From Alphaproteobacteria bacterium (GTDB taxonomy: Bacteria > Pseudomonadota > Alphaproteobacteria > UBA9219 > RGZA01): 64,000 bases of DNA. The notes below the pieces were generated by a model. That model searched no databases. It saw only the letters and a list, made by a program, of their open reading frames with translations, and was not told where the DNA came from. The stretch spans positions 77,660 through 141,659 of the forward strand of contig JANRLI010000016.1 in NCBI GenBank assembly GCA_033762625.1. The letters are read 5' to 3'. The translations under genes and the position numbers were made by a program. Every line of letters begins with the position of its first letter. Position 1 is the stretch's first letter. Of the stretch, positions 54,254 through 63,833 are shown piece after piece.

Positions 54254-55720
54254 CTACTTCTTGCAATTCTGTTGGTCGAAGTTGAAATCGCGGTCGGTTT
54301 CAATTACCTGATTGATGAAGGTTTGCTTGCCGGTGCAGTAATCAACGACCGCATCATAGGTACCGCGCTTTACCTTCACGGTCTGACCCGCAAGGATGGT
54401 GTAAAGCTCGCTGCCCGTGGTCTGGCCGGGTTTATACAAACGCAAGGTCGGCTTGCAGGAATTTTCGGTTACGTTCTTGACGATGCTTTCCATCGCAGCC
54501 GTAATCTGGTCTTGCGAATTGGCTGGCGAGAAGCTGTTCATCGCCTTGAAGAAGGCTTCGGCTTCCGCATCCTGGCCTTCGCCGTAACGGATACCATACA
54601 CTTCGATACCCTTGGCGCGCAGCTGCTGCACGGCAAAGGCCGCATTACCAAAACAGGTTTCATAGCCATCCGACAACACCAGCATCACGCGGCGCTTGCT
54701 CTTGTCCTGGAAGAAATCGGCGGTGTAACGCAGCGTCGTATCCAGCGGCGTGTTGTTGGTTGCAAAGGTGGAGCTGACGGCTGCGTTGATTTGCGTTGCA
54801 TTAGCAGCCAGAGGTCCATACAGCTTGCCATAGGTGCAATTTTCCTTCGATGGATCGTTCAGCACATTGGAATAGCCATCGCCGCCAATCACCGTAACCG
54901 TCACAGGAATATCGCTGCGCGGAACAAGATATTTGCCAACCAATGAACGCAATGCGTTTTGCGCGCCGCCCAGCAATTGATCCATCGATCCCGAAGCATC
55001 CAGCACAATCGCCAATTCAACGCTCTTGCTTTGCTGGGTGCAAATCGCGCCGTTGAAGGTAAGGCCGGCGGATTCAATGCAGCTTCCGGTTTCTTTCACC
55101 TGCCATGCGCCGCAATTCACCACCGGCTGTGTGGTTTCAATACCGGTTTGCTTATTGGTGACTTTGATTGTTGCTGGGCACGAAAACTCAACCGAATAAT
55201 CGCCGCTGGTTGCAAAGTTATATACATCTTTCGGGTCATCGGAAACGCGCACATCGGGCAGCGTGTATTCATTGCCGCAAGGGTCTTGCTTGATGCCGCC
55301 TTCGCAGCCCACAATAATCCGCACATCCGGCGGGGTGTTGTTGGTATCAGCAAATGCGAGCCATTCGGTCGCGGTGTTCATCGGTACAAAGTAACCCTGA
55401 TCACCGTCATTATCGAGATAGGCGCAAACCTTCAACCCGTTCTTATAGGTTGCTTTCAGCATATCCTTGCCTGCGCCATGGCATGACCATGTCGAAACAC
55501 ACAAATCGGTGCCAAGTACTTTTCCTTGCGGGCAAAGTGATGGAATAACGCCGGTTGGAAAATTGCATCTACCTTGCACGTGGAAATAATCACTGGCCTT
55601 GCCCGAGAACTGCAAGCTGTCATCGGCAACAGGCGCTGCGAAAGCTGGAGCGCTCATGATAAAAAACGCTGCCAAAATTGCAGCAACCCAATTTCTAATC
55701 GCCAATTTTTTTACCAGCAT
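54254..55720 (-). CDS. Secreted von Willebrand factor A (VWA) domain protein
   Basis: Signal peptide MLVKKLAIRNWVAAILAAFFIMSAPAFA; MIDAS-like motif LDASGSM and downstream S.DG..T; Cys-rich N-domain. Confidence 0.65.
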   Translation of the reverse strand: MLVKKLAIRNWVAAILAAFFIMSAPAFAAPVADDSLQFSGKASDYFHVQGRCNFPTGVIPSLCPQGKVLGTDLCVSTWSCHGAGKDMLKATYKNGLKVCAYLDNDGDQGYFVPMNTATEWLAFADTNNTPPDVRIIVGCEGGIKQDPCGNEYTLPDVRVSDDPKDVYNFATSGDYSVEFSCPATIKVTNKQTGIETTQPVVNCGAWQVKETGSCIESAGLTFNGAICTQQSKSVELAIVLDASGSMDQLLGGAQNALRSLVGKYLVPRSDIPVTVTVIGGDGYSNVLNDPSKENCTYGKLYGPLAANATQINAAVSSTFATNNTPLDTTLRYTADFFQDKSKRRVMLVLSDGYETCFGNAAFAVQQLRAKGIEVYGIRYGEGQDAEAEAFFKAMNSFSPANSQDQITAAMESIVKNVTENSCKPTLRLYKPGQTTGSELYTILAGQTVKVKRGTYDAVVDYCTGKQTFINQVIETDRDFNFDQQNCKK

Positions 55721-55917
55721 ATGAGGCCTATCCGGATTCGTAATTAATTCAGGCTAGTGTAATTGATATGCAGGATAAAGGTCAAACTACGTAATCATTT
55801 CAGCGTAGCGATTTTGCCCCTGATTTGTGGCATTTATGCGTAGCATTGCAGTAACAAACCATTAATGAATCTTAATTCAAAACTCGGAAGCTGGCATTTT
55901 CACAGCGTTCTAGAAAC

Positions 55918-56481
55918 TTAAAGCTTCTCGACCGTCACATTTTTATTAGTGTAAATGCAAATATCGGCTGCGATATCGAGCGCTTTGCGCGCAATCGCCT
56001 CGGCGTTCATGTCCTTGTTGTCAATCAATGCACGCGCAGCCGCCAATGCAAACGACCCACCCGACCCAATGCCAATAATCCCGTCTTGCGGCTCCAGTAC
56101 ATCGCCCATGCCTGTCAAAATCAGTGACACGTCTTTATCCGCCACCGCCATCATCGCTTCAAGGCGGCGCAAATATCGGTCAGTGCGCCAGTCCTTGGCC
56201 ATCTCAACGCATGCTCTGGTCAATTGCCCCGGATGTTTTTCCAATTTGCCTTCAAGCCGTTCGAACAACGCAAATGCATCGGCGGTTGCGCCGGCAAAGC
56301 CGGCAATCACATCGCCCTTTGCACCAAGGCGGCGCACTTTGCGTGCATTACTTTTCATCACGGTGGCACCAACGGTGACTTGTCCGTCTCCGGCGATCAC
56401 CACGTCACCACCTTTGCGGATGGCGATGATGGTTGTGCCATGCCAATTGGGATTATGTGCGGGGTTCTTATCTTCACTCAT
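55918..56481 (-). CDS. hslV: ATP-dependent protease subunit HslV
   Basis: N-terminal Thr after processing: [22 protein letters not shown]; [14 protein letters not shown] motif. Confidence 0.9.
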   Translation of the reverse strand: MSEDKNPAHNPNWHGTTIIAIRKGGDVVIAGDGQVTVGATVMKSNARKVRRLGAKGDVIAGFAGATADAFALFERLEGKLEKHPGQLTRACVEMAKDWRTDRYLRRLEAMMAVADKDVSLILTGMGDVLEPQDGIIGIGSGGSFALAAARALIDNKDMNAEAIARKALDIAADICIYTNKNVTVEKL

Positions 56482-56548
56482 GGATATACAAATAGTGCGT
56501 CTTGCAGCGTTTGGCTAGATATCACTTCACCGAATTGCTGTTTCTTTT

Positions 56549-57919
56549 TTGGCTGTTTTTTCCTATCATCACGCAATGAAACTGAATATCTGGAAGCTCG
56601 AAACCCTATCACCATCTGAAAAAGCGCGTTTATTACGGCGCAGTGAAACCGCTATTGAACACGTGATGGATGCCGTCAAACCCATCATCGAAGATGTGCG
56701 CGTGCGCGGGGATGCGGCGCTCATCGACTATGCCAAAAAATTCGATAAAGCCGAACTTAAAGGCAGCCTCAAAGCCACCGATGCCGATTTTGAACGCGCC
56801 TATCAATCCCTTCCCGCAGAACTGATTAGCGCCATCAAAACCTGCGCGGGAAATGTGACAAAGCATCACCAGCAGCAAATGGCGCGGGTTGAAAAGGAAT
56901 GGATGGAAGAAGTTGCGCCCGGCGTTTATGGCGGCGAAAAAGTTACCGCCATTGACAGTGTTGGCATTTACGTGCCGCGCGGTAAGGGCGCTTTTCCGTC
57001 CATGATGTACATGCTGTGCGCCCCTGCAAAAATTGCGGGCGTTAAGACCATTGCGGTGGTCACGCCGCCAACGCCAAACGGCGATTTTGATGCAGCATCG
57101 CTTGTTGCTGCTGATGTTTGCGGTGTACGCGATATTTATAAAGCGGGCGGCGCGCAGGCCATAGCCGCGCTTGCCTATGGTACCGCCACCATCCCCAAAG
57201 TTGCCAAGGTCGAAGGGCCCGGAAGCCCTTATGTGGCAGCGGCCAAACGTCTTTTATCTTCGGTCATCGATCCCGGCATGCCCGCAGGTCCATCCGAAGC
57301 GATTGTGCTGGCCGATGACACCGCCAATGCGTGGAACACCGCATTGGATATGATGAATGAAGCCGAACATGGCGATGACAGCGCATGCCTGCTGGTCACC
57401 GATTCCGAAAAATTTGCCGCTGATGTTGCAGCATGTTTGCCAAAAGTTTTGGAAGCGCTTCCCGAACAACGCCGGAAATATTGCGAGACCGGTTTTTCAA
57501 CATTCGGCGGCATCATGATTTGCAAGGACATGGATGCAGCGATTGATTTCTGCAATGAATATGCGGTTGAACATTTGCTGATTAAGACGAAAAACCCGGA
57601 ACAGATTTTACCGCGCATCACCAATGCGGGTGAAATCCTGCTCGGCGAAACCACGCCATCCGTTCTTGGCAATTTTGGCATCGGCATCAATGCGGTATTA
57701 CCAACGGGCGGCGCAGCGCGCACCCATTCCTGCACATCGGTCTGGTCATTTTTAAAACGCTCCAGCCTTTCTTATGTGACCGCAGCGGGCTACCAATCCT
57801 TGAAAAAGCCGGTTGAGATTTTGGCGGAATATGAAGGCTTTGTTGGCCATGCGCATGTCACGCAAAAACGCGATGAAACGGCGTTTAAGCCTGTAACCAT
57901 TGCGCTTAACAAGAAATAA
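56549..57919 (+). CDS. hisD: Histidinol dehydrogenase HisD (true start possibly MKLNIW at 56576)
   Basis: Full-length HisD with conserved ...ICKDMDAAIDFCNEYAVEHLLI... and Zn/NAD-binding region. Confidence 0.9.
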   Translation: MAVFSYHHAMKLNIWKLETLSPSEKARLLRRSETAIEHVMDAVKPIIEDVRVRGDAALIDYAKKFDKAELKGSLKATDADFERAYQSLPAELISAIKTCAGNVTKHHQQQMARVEKEWMEEVAPGVYGGEKVTAIDSVGIYVPRGKGAFPSMMYMLCAPAKIAGVKTIAVVTPPTPNGDFDAASLVAADVCGVRDIYKAGGAQAIAALAYGTATIPKVAKVEGPGSPYVAAAKRLLSSVIDPGMPAGPSEAIVLADDTANAWNTALDMMNEAEHGDDSACLLVTDSEKFAADVAACLPKVLEALPEQRRKYCETGFSTFGGIMICKDMDAAIDFCNEYAVEHLLIKTKNPEQILPRITNAGEILLGETTPSVLGNFGIGINAVLPTGGAARTHSCTSVWSFLKRSSLSYVTAAGYQSLKKPVEILAEYEGFVGHAHVTQKRDETAFKPVTIALNKK

Positions 57920-58023
57920 CCGCGCTCTATTACAATCTGAAATATCAAATTCATTGCGTGCATAGTGATGTTCCTTTAATTTCATCACTTATTATCAAAG
58001 ATTATGAATAAATAGTAACAAAA

Positions 58024-58109
58024 CGTCATTGCGAGCCCCTTTAGGGGCGTGGCAATCCAGCAAACACAACACTGGATTGCTTCGTCGGCCTAGCCTCCTC
58101 GCAATGACG
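58024..58109. repeat. Nested palindromic element in hisD-hisCB intergenic region
   Basis: Outer 12 bp inverted repeat CGTCATTGCGAG...CTCGCAATGACG enclosing CCCCTTTAGGGG and GCAATCCAG-(11)-CTGGATTGC hairpins. Confidence 0.5.
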
Positions 58110-58137
58110 AAGCAGACACAAAGTTTCTGGAGTTTTT

Positions 58138-59808
58138 ATGAAGTGGTTTGAGAAATTAGTCCGTCCCGATTTATTGTCCATTCCCGTCTATTCCTCGGCG
58201 ATTGTGGAAGCGGGCGGCTATGTTCCGCCCATTAAAATCGATGCGAATGAAAGCCCGTGGCCACCCTTTGGCGCGGTAAGCAAGCTTGTCAAATCCAACC
58301 GTTATATCGAAGACCAGCAACCCCCCGAACTCTTGCAACGCCTTGCGGTGCAATGGAACGTAACGCCCGATGAAATCATGCTCGGCCGTGGCAGCGATGA
58401 AGGGATTGATTTGCTCATCCGCCTTTTGTGCAATCAGGGCAAGGATAGCATTATCATCTGCCCGCCAACTTTTGCGATGTATGAGCATTCGGCAAAACTG
58501 CAAGGCGCGGAAGTCATCAAGGTCCCTCTTAATACCAAATGGCAACTTGATGTAGCGGGAATTACCAAAGCTATTCAACCAACCACCAAACTGGTTTTCT
58601 TCCCGTCGCCCCATGCGCCGATGGGTCATTTGATGAACCGCGCGGATATTCTGGCTCTGCTTAAGGCCACAGCCGAAAAAGTTCTAGTGGTGGTGGATGA
58701 AGCCTATATCGCCTTTTCCGATGACCCGTCAGGCTTGATTGCGGAATTAAAAAATCACAGCAATCTTGTTATCCTGCGCACACTTTCAAAAGCCTATGCG
58801 CTGGCGGGCGAACGCATTGGCGGTGTGCTTGCGCATCCTGATATTATTGCAAAGCTACGCAGCATTCTTGCGCCCTACCCCTTGCCGCAATCTTCCGTTC
58901 GTGCGGCACTGGATGCGTTAAGTCCCAACGGTTTGGTCGATGGCGCGGAGCACCGCCGGATCTTGGTTGCCGAACGCAAGCGGCTCGAAAAACTGCTGCC
59001 CAAATCGAAATTTGTCGAAAGCATTTTCCCGAGCGATGCGAATTTCCTGCTGGTCAAGGTGAACGATCCAGCGGAAGTTTTAAATACATTAAAACGCGCG
59101 GGTATTCTTGCGCGTAACCGCTCCAGCGCCATTCCCAATACCATCCGTTTCTCGGTTTCAACGCCGGAAGAAAATGATCTGGTCTTGCGCGCCATGGGCG
59201 TTGAGCTAACACCGCAAACCAAAGGCGCGATGCCACGCCTTTATTCATCATCGCGCGGTACCAAAGAAACGCAGATTGATGTAACCGTGAATCTGGATAA
59301 GCCGGATTTTCTTTCCATCCATACCGGCATCGGCTTTTTCGACCACATGCTCTCGCAGCTCGCATCGCATGGCGGGTTTGGCCTTGCGCTGCACTGCAAT
59401 GGCGATTTGCATATCGACCAGCATCACACCATCGAGGATTGCGCATTGGCATTGGGCGAAGCACTTAAGCAAGCGCTGGGCGATAAGCGCGGCATTGCGC
59501 GCTTTGGCTTTACCGCCCCGCTGGATGAAGCGCTGGCCCAGGCAACCGTTGATTTATCGGGCCGTCCATTCGCAATGTTTAACGGCAAGTTTCCTGCCGA
59601 ACAAATCGGCGGGATGAGCGCGGAAATGATCCCGCATTTTTTCCAATCCTTGGCGGTTGCCATGGCCTGCGCTATTCACATTACGGTGACTGGCGATAAC
59701 GCGCATCACATGGCGGAAGCTTCGTTCAAAGCAACGGGCAGAGCACTGCGTCAGGCATTCCAGCCCAGCGGTAGCGCCGCCATCCCATCAACCAAGGGCG
59801 TATTGTAA
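58138..59808 (+). CDS. hisCB: Fusion protein: histidinol-phosphate aminotransferase (HisC, N-terminal ~360 aa) + imidazoleglycerol-phosphate dehydratase (HisB, C-terminal ~190 aa)
   Basis: HisC: NESPWPP, PLP-Lys region ILRTLSKAYALAGERIG; HisB/IGPD: two Mn-binding DxHHxxE motifs (IDQHHTIEDCALALGEAL... and GDNAHHMAEASFKATGRAL). Confidence 0.8.
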   Translation: MKWFEKLVRPDLLSIPVYSSAIVEAGGYVPPIKIDANESPWPPFGAVSKLVKSNRYIEDQQPPELLQRLAVQWNVTPDEIMLGRGSDEGIDLLIRLLCNQGKDSIIICPPTFAMYEHSAKLQGAEVIKVPLNTKWQLDVAGITKAIQPTTKLVFFPSPHAPMGHLMNRADILALLKATAEKVLVVVDEAYIAFSDDPSGLIAELKNHSNLVILRTLSKAYALAGERIGGVLAHPDIIAKLRSILAPYPLPQSSVRAALDALSPNGLVDGAEHRRILVAERKRLEKLLPKSKFVESIFPSDANFLLVKVNDPAEVLNTLKRAGILARNRSSAIPNTIRFSVSTPEENDLVLRAMGVELTPQTKGAMPRLYSSSRGTKETQIDVTVNLDKPDFLSIHTGIGFFDHMLSQLASHGGFGLALHCNGDLHIDQHHTIEDCALALGEALKQALGDKRGIARFGFTAPLDEALAQATVDLSGRPFAMFNGKFPAEQIGGMSAEMIPHFFQSLAVAMACAIHITVTGDNAHHMAEASFKATGRALRQAFQPSGSAAIPSTKGVL

Positions 59809-59825
59809 AAACTGTTTGGATTGGC

Positions 59826-60116
59826 TTATTTGGGTGCGGCGGGCTTATAAATTTTACTTACATCCGTCTCTGGCAACGAGCCACGGTTCAAGATTACAGA
59901 GCCAGCATCTTTAATCCCGCCCACAACGGTCATGACCGTGCCTATGACTGCCGAACCGACCGCGCGACCATAGCTGGATTCAAGACTCTCATTTGTTATA
60001 CGTTTTCCAATATCATATCCCACCGCCGTACTCGAAACCCGCGGGTTAGTCAGCGTCCGGAAGTATTGCAAAAACGCTTCACTCGGATTTGGTAATTCAT
60101 TCGATGAACCAGCCAT
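59826..60116 (-). CDS. Small hypothetical protein (96 aa), possible membrane-associated
   Basis: ORF with hydrophobic segment AVGSAVIGTVMTVVGGI; weak support. Confidence 0.3.
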   Translation of the reverse strand: MAGSSNELPNPSEAFLQYFRTLTNPRVSSTAVGYDIGKRITNESLESSYGRAVGSAVIGTVMTVVGGIKDAGSVILNRGSLPETDVSKIYKPAAPK

Positions 60117-60312
60117 GCACCATCCTTAAAAAATGCCCAGAGCCTAATTTAGCCTCGAGCTTTTGATATACAGTTAAAGAACATGGTTAAGGTTGGTTTA
60201 CTGTTGTAAAAATCGCTCTGAAAACCGCTTTTTTATACTCGAAACTATTGTTTTGATTGCTGACCTCCTCTGCCATGTTAAATTTCATTATGTATTTTTT
60301 AAGAGGAATTTA

Positions 60313-61068
60313 ATGGACGACTTTTTTAAACGTGCCGCAGAGCAATTTCATCTTCGCGCCCACTCCCTTGATAACATAGAGGTTTTCGGGGACAATCTTC
60401 TAAAGCATCTACGCACGGGTCAATCTTCGCCGGCTTTTGAAAGTCAATTAGGGTCTTTTTTTCCAGATCATTATGGCCCGCATGCAACCCAACGCGGTTT
60501 CGCACCGGACGCAAAAATGGGAATTTTATTGACGATTGCAGCATATCGTCTTGCCCATGACACGCGCCCGGATGCCGCACCAACTGGTTTTGCGATTAAT
60601 GTTCTCAAAAACTCTGTATCCTATTTTGCCGATTGCGGTGATATCCGCCAAATCGAAATATGGGGTAAACTCCATTCCGCACTCTCACGCATTCCGGATA
60701 TGAGTGATAGCGCACGCACCCTTGCATTCAATGCCGCAATTCCGCAACGCATCACCGAACGTAACATGCCTTTTTTGAAAGAAGCGGCTGAACGCTGGGG
60801 CGAAGCCCTAGACCGCTGGATACATGGCGGCGATCAAGAAGGATATGAAACCCGCCTGAAAACGGGTGGTCCAAATGCCGCTCGTCGTGCACTTGGTCAT
60901 CTCGATCAACTTAATGCGCCTGCTGATTTTCCATTACGCATCGTGGCAGCCAACCGCATTGCATCTTATAAAGCTGGCGAAATTCCAACTCCTCCGGTCG
61001 AACGCCCCGGCTATTTAGCTGCGTTCGTTGGCCTACTTAAAAGAGCTGCTTCACTTGGGCGCGCTTAA
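60313..61068 (+). CDS. Hypothetical protein (251 aa) inserted between his genes; start reassigned to ATG with AAGAGGA RBS
   Basis: aagaggaatttaATG; no recognisable domain. Confidence 0.5.
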   Translation: MDDFFKRAAEQFHLRAHSLDNIEVFGDNLLKHLRTGQSSPAFESQLGSFFPDHYGPHATQRGFAPDAKMGILLTIAAYRLAHDTRPDAAPTGFAINVLKNSVSYFADCGDIRQIEIWGKLHSALSRIPDMSDSARTLAFNAAIPQRITERNMPFLKEAAERWGEALDRWIHGGDQEGYETRLKTGGPNAARRALGHLDQLNAPADFPLRIVAANRIASYKAGEIPTPPVERPGYLAAFVGLLKRAASLGRA

Positions 61069-61112
61069 CGGCTAGCAATACGGTTTGAAATAAATTTCTT
61101 CCCAGAGGGTTT

Positions 61113-61766
61113 ATGCTCATTACCGTTATCGACTATGGCTCCGGCAATTTGCGTTCGGCGACCAAGGCGTTTGAAAAAGCCGCGGCGGACGCATCTGATA
61201 TTCGGGGCAATGTTCGCGTCATCCTCACCAATAAAGCAGAAGATGTTTTAAAAGCCGACCGCATTGTATTACCGGGCCAAGGCGCATTTGCCGATTGCAT
61301 GAAGGGGTTATCATCCGTTCCCGGCATGATCGAAGCCTTGAACGAAGCGGTGATTAAAAAAGCCAAACCGTTTTTCGGCATTTGCGTGGGCATGCAATTA
61401 TTGGCAACGCGTGGGTTGGAACATGGTACGCATGCGGGGCTGAACTGGCTTTCGGGTGAAGTGCGCAAATTACCCATCAACAATCCGGATTTAAAAATCC
61501 CGCATATGGGCTGGAACACCATCACCCCATCCAAACCAAACCACCCGCTACTCAAAGATCTGCCCACAAACCCTTACGTCTATTTCGTGCATTCTTATGC
61601 GTTATTTTTAGAAGATAAAAATCACGAACTTGCCGCGTGTAACTACGGCGGCAGTTTCACCGCCGCCGTTGTCAAAAACAATATTGCCGGCACACAATTC
61701 CACCCTGAAAAGAGCCAGAAAATCGGCCAGCAATTGGTACGCAATTTTATTAACTGGTCGCCCTAA
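61113..61766 (+). CDS. hisH: Imidazole glycerol phosphate synthase glutaminase subunit HisH
   Basis: ITVIDYGSGNLRS, GICVGMQLL (catalytic Cys), HMGWN, FHPEKS motifs. Confidence 0.9.
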   Translation: MLITVIDYGSGNLRSATKAFEKAAADASDIRGNVRVILTNKAEDVLKADRIVLPGQGAFADCMKGLSSVPGMIEALNEAVIKKAKPFFGICVGMQLLATRGLEHGTHAGLNWLSGEVRKLPINNPDLKIPHMGWNTITPSKPNHPLLKDLPTNPYVYFVHSYALFLEDKNHELAACNYGGSFTAAVVKNNIAGTQFHPEKSQKIGQQLVRNFINWSP

Positions 61767-61999
61767 ATTAGAAAAAAGTAAAAAAAAGAGTTACTAGTTT
61801 TTTTGTAACCTTTTATTTGTACTTCGTTTTTTGCATTGCGAGATAATGCACATCCTTGAAAGTAATTATGGGACTTCACCATCTAGGCAAGGCCTTTTTG
61901 GCTTGTTAGCGTCAAGCCTCTTTCAAACCAACGCTGCCGGATTTTTGTAATAATTTTTTATTCAAAGTTTAAAGCAGATATTTAATACGGAGTATTACT

Positions 62000-62602
62000 A
62001 TGAGCGCACGCCCCGATAATGATGACGATGTAGAACCACAATCCTACGCTCCTTCAAAATCACAAATTGATCCAACCATCGCGGAGGTTGCCGCACAAAA
62101 CGAAGCGGTAAGAACATCACTCATCGGGTTCAATACGCTGGGTCATTTTCCATCAACTGGCGTGAACGCTTTCGCTAAAATGGAAGGCCGCATTCTGCAT
62201 GCAATCGCCAATGCATCACGCGAAGATGTGATCATTCAAATTGCGCCGCCCGTCAACGACATCGCCAATACTAACAAAGTGCTGCTACGTCGTGGCAATT
62301 ATAATTCGCTGGAAGTCTATGCAGTGGTTTCAGAAAACATCAATCTGGTACGCGCATTCAAAGAACAGGTGCTGCCAGCAGTTGCCGAAAGCTTCCCGGG
62401 CGTGACCCATATTTCGATCACGGGTTACAACACCGGCGCATTCAACTTCCTTGCCAAACATCTGGCTGCCGATGTTGACAGCGTTCCAGCAGCTGATGGT
62501 CTTATCCGTTCCTTTGGTATTCCAGTACCCGGCGCGCAACCGCTTGCGCCAAAACCCCAAGCCAAAGGCATAGAAGCCCCTGCACTTACTGGCGCAAAAT
62601 AA
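62000..62602 (+). CDS. Hypothetical protein (200 aa) inserted between hisH and hisA
   Basis: RBS-like taatacggag upstream; no recognisable domain; followed by strong terminator. Confidence 0.5.
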   Translation: MSARPDNDDDVEPQSYAPSKSQIDPTIAEVAAQNEAVRTSLIGFNTLGHFPSTGVNAFAKMEGRILHAIANASREDVIIQIAPPVNDIANTNKVLLRRGNYNSLEVYAVVSENINLVRAFKEQVLPAVAESFPGVTHISITGYNTGAFNFLAKHLAADVDSVPAADGLIRSFGIPVPGAQPLAPKPQAKGIEAPALTGAK

Positions 62603-62635
62603 TACCGCTTATTTAAGGTATTAATCGCATTACTA

Positions 62636-62670
62636 AACCGCCCTGGGCTCAATCCTTGGGCGGTTTTTTA
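62636..62670 (+). terminator. Rho-independent terminator after 62000-62602 gene
   Basis: ACCGCCC-tgggctcaatccttg-GGCGGT followed by tttttt. Confidence 0.65.
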
Positions 62671-62742
62671 TTTTTTAATTGGCGAAAACAGCGGAAAATG
62701 CTCTAACCCTCCAACGAAACACCTTTTTTAAAAGTCTGTGCC

Positions 62743-63474
62743 ATGATTTTATTCCCAGCGATTGATTTAAAAGACGGCGAATGCGTTCGCCTTGTACGCG
62801 GCGACATGCAACAAGCCGTTGTATTCAACGCAGATCCGGCAGCGCAGGCGAAGGAATTCGAAAGTCTGGGCTTTGAATGGCTCCACCTTGTTGATTTAAA
62901 CGGGGCGTTTGAAGGCAAGCCGATTAACGCCAGCGCGGTTGAAGCGGTGTTGAAAACCGTGAACATGCCGGTGCAGCTGGGCGGCGGTATCCGTAACATG
63001 GATACGATCGAGCTGTGGTTGAGCAAAGGCGTGACCCGCGTGATTTTGGGAACCGCCGCCTTGCAAAATCCTGACCTCGTGAAGGACGCCTGCAAAAAAT
63101 TCCCCGGCAAAATCGCGGTGGGCATCGATGCACGCGAAGGGTATGTCGCGGTGCAGGGCTGGGCGGAAGCAACCCGCGTCAAGGCATTAGACCTTGCATT
63201 GAAATTCGAAGATTGCGGCGTTGCCGCCATTATCTATACCGACATCAACCGCGATGGCGCGCTGCAAGGCGTGAATGTGGAAGGCACCGCGAATTTAGCG
63301 CAACACCTTACCACCCCCGTCATTGCATCGGGCGGCGTTTCAACCATGCAGGATTTGATCGAGTTGAAGGAAGAAGAAGAAACCGGCATTTGCGGCGTTA
63401 TTGCCGGCCGCGCGATTTACGATGGCCGCATTCAAATTGCTGAAGCGCTGGCATTATTGAAAAAAGCCGCTTAA
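62743..63474 (+). CDS. hisA: Phosphoribosylformimino-5-aminoimidazole carboxamide ribotide isomerase HisA
   Basis: [37 protein letters not shown] motifs. Confidence 0.9.
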   Translation: MILFPAIDLKDGECVRLVRGDMQQAVVFNADPAAQAKEFESLGFEWLHLVDLNGAFEGKPINASAVEAVLKTVNMPVQLGGGIRNMDTIELWLSKGVTRVILGTAALQNPDLVKDACKKFPGKIAVGIDAREGYVAVQGWAEATRVKALDLALKFEDCGVAAIIYTDINRDGALQGVNVEGTANLAQHLTTPVIASGGVSTMQDLIELKEEEETGICGVIAGRAIYDGRIQIAEALALLKKAA

Positions 63475-63476
63475 AA

Positions 63477-63833
63477 TTACGGTCGAAGTGATGGTGCTGT
63501 ATTAAAACGCTTTAATGCTTCGCTAATCGCATCAACCATATCGGTTCTATTTTCGTCTCTATATATCTGCATAATATCGCTGAGCGCGCCGCGCATATTT
63601 ATTCCTGGCGCGGTAACAAGTCCCATCGATTTACCTTTCCCATCAAATTCATAAACCTGAGCGCCACCATATATCTCACGCATCTGAGTTTGTATTGATC
63701 TAAATTCTGGATTATTGCGGTCAGGATAAAATGCAATATCGGCGGGTGATTTTGTACTGCCATCAGGGTTAGTTTCTGTGCGGTCTTCATCAATACGATA
63801 AAGCGGTTTATGTGGTGTGATTGTGTTTAACAC
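63477..63833 (-). CDS. Hypothetical protein (118 aa)
   Basis: ORF only; convergent with hisA. Confidence 0.4.
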   Translation of the reverse strand: MLNTITPHKPLYRIDEDRTETNPDGSTKSPADIAFYPDRNNPEFRSIQTQMREIYGGAQVYEFDGKGKSMGLVTAPGINMRGALSDIMQIYRDENRTDMVDAISEALKRFNTAPSLRP

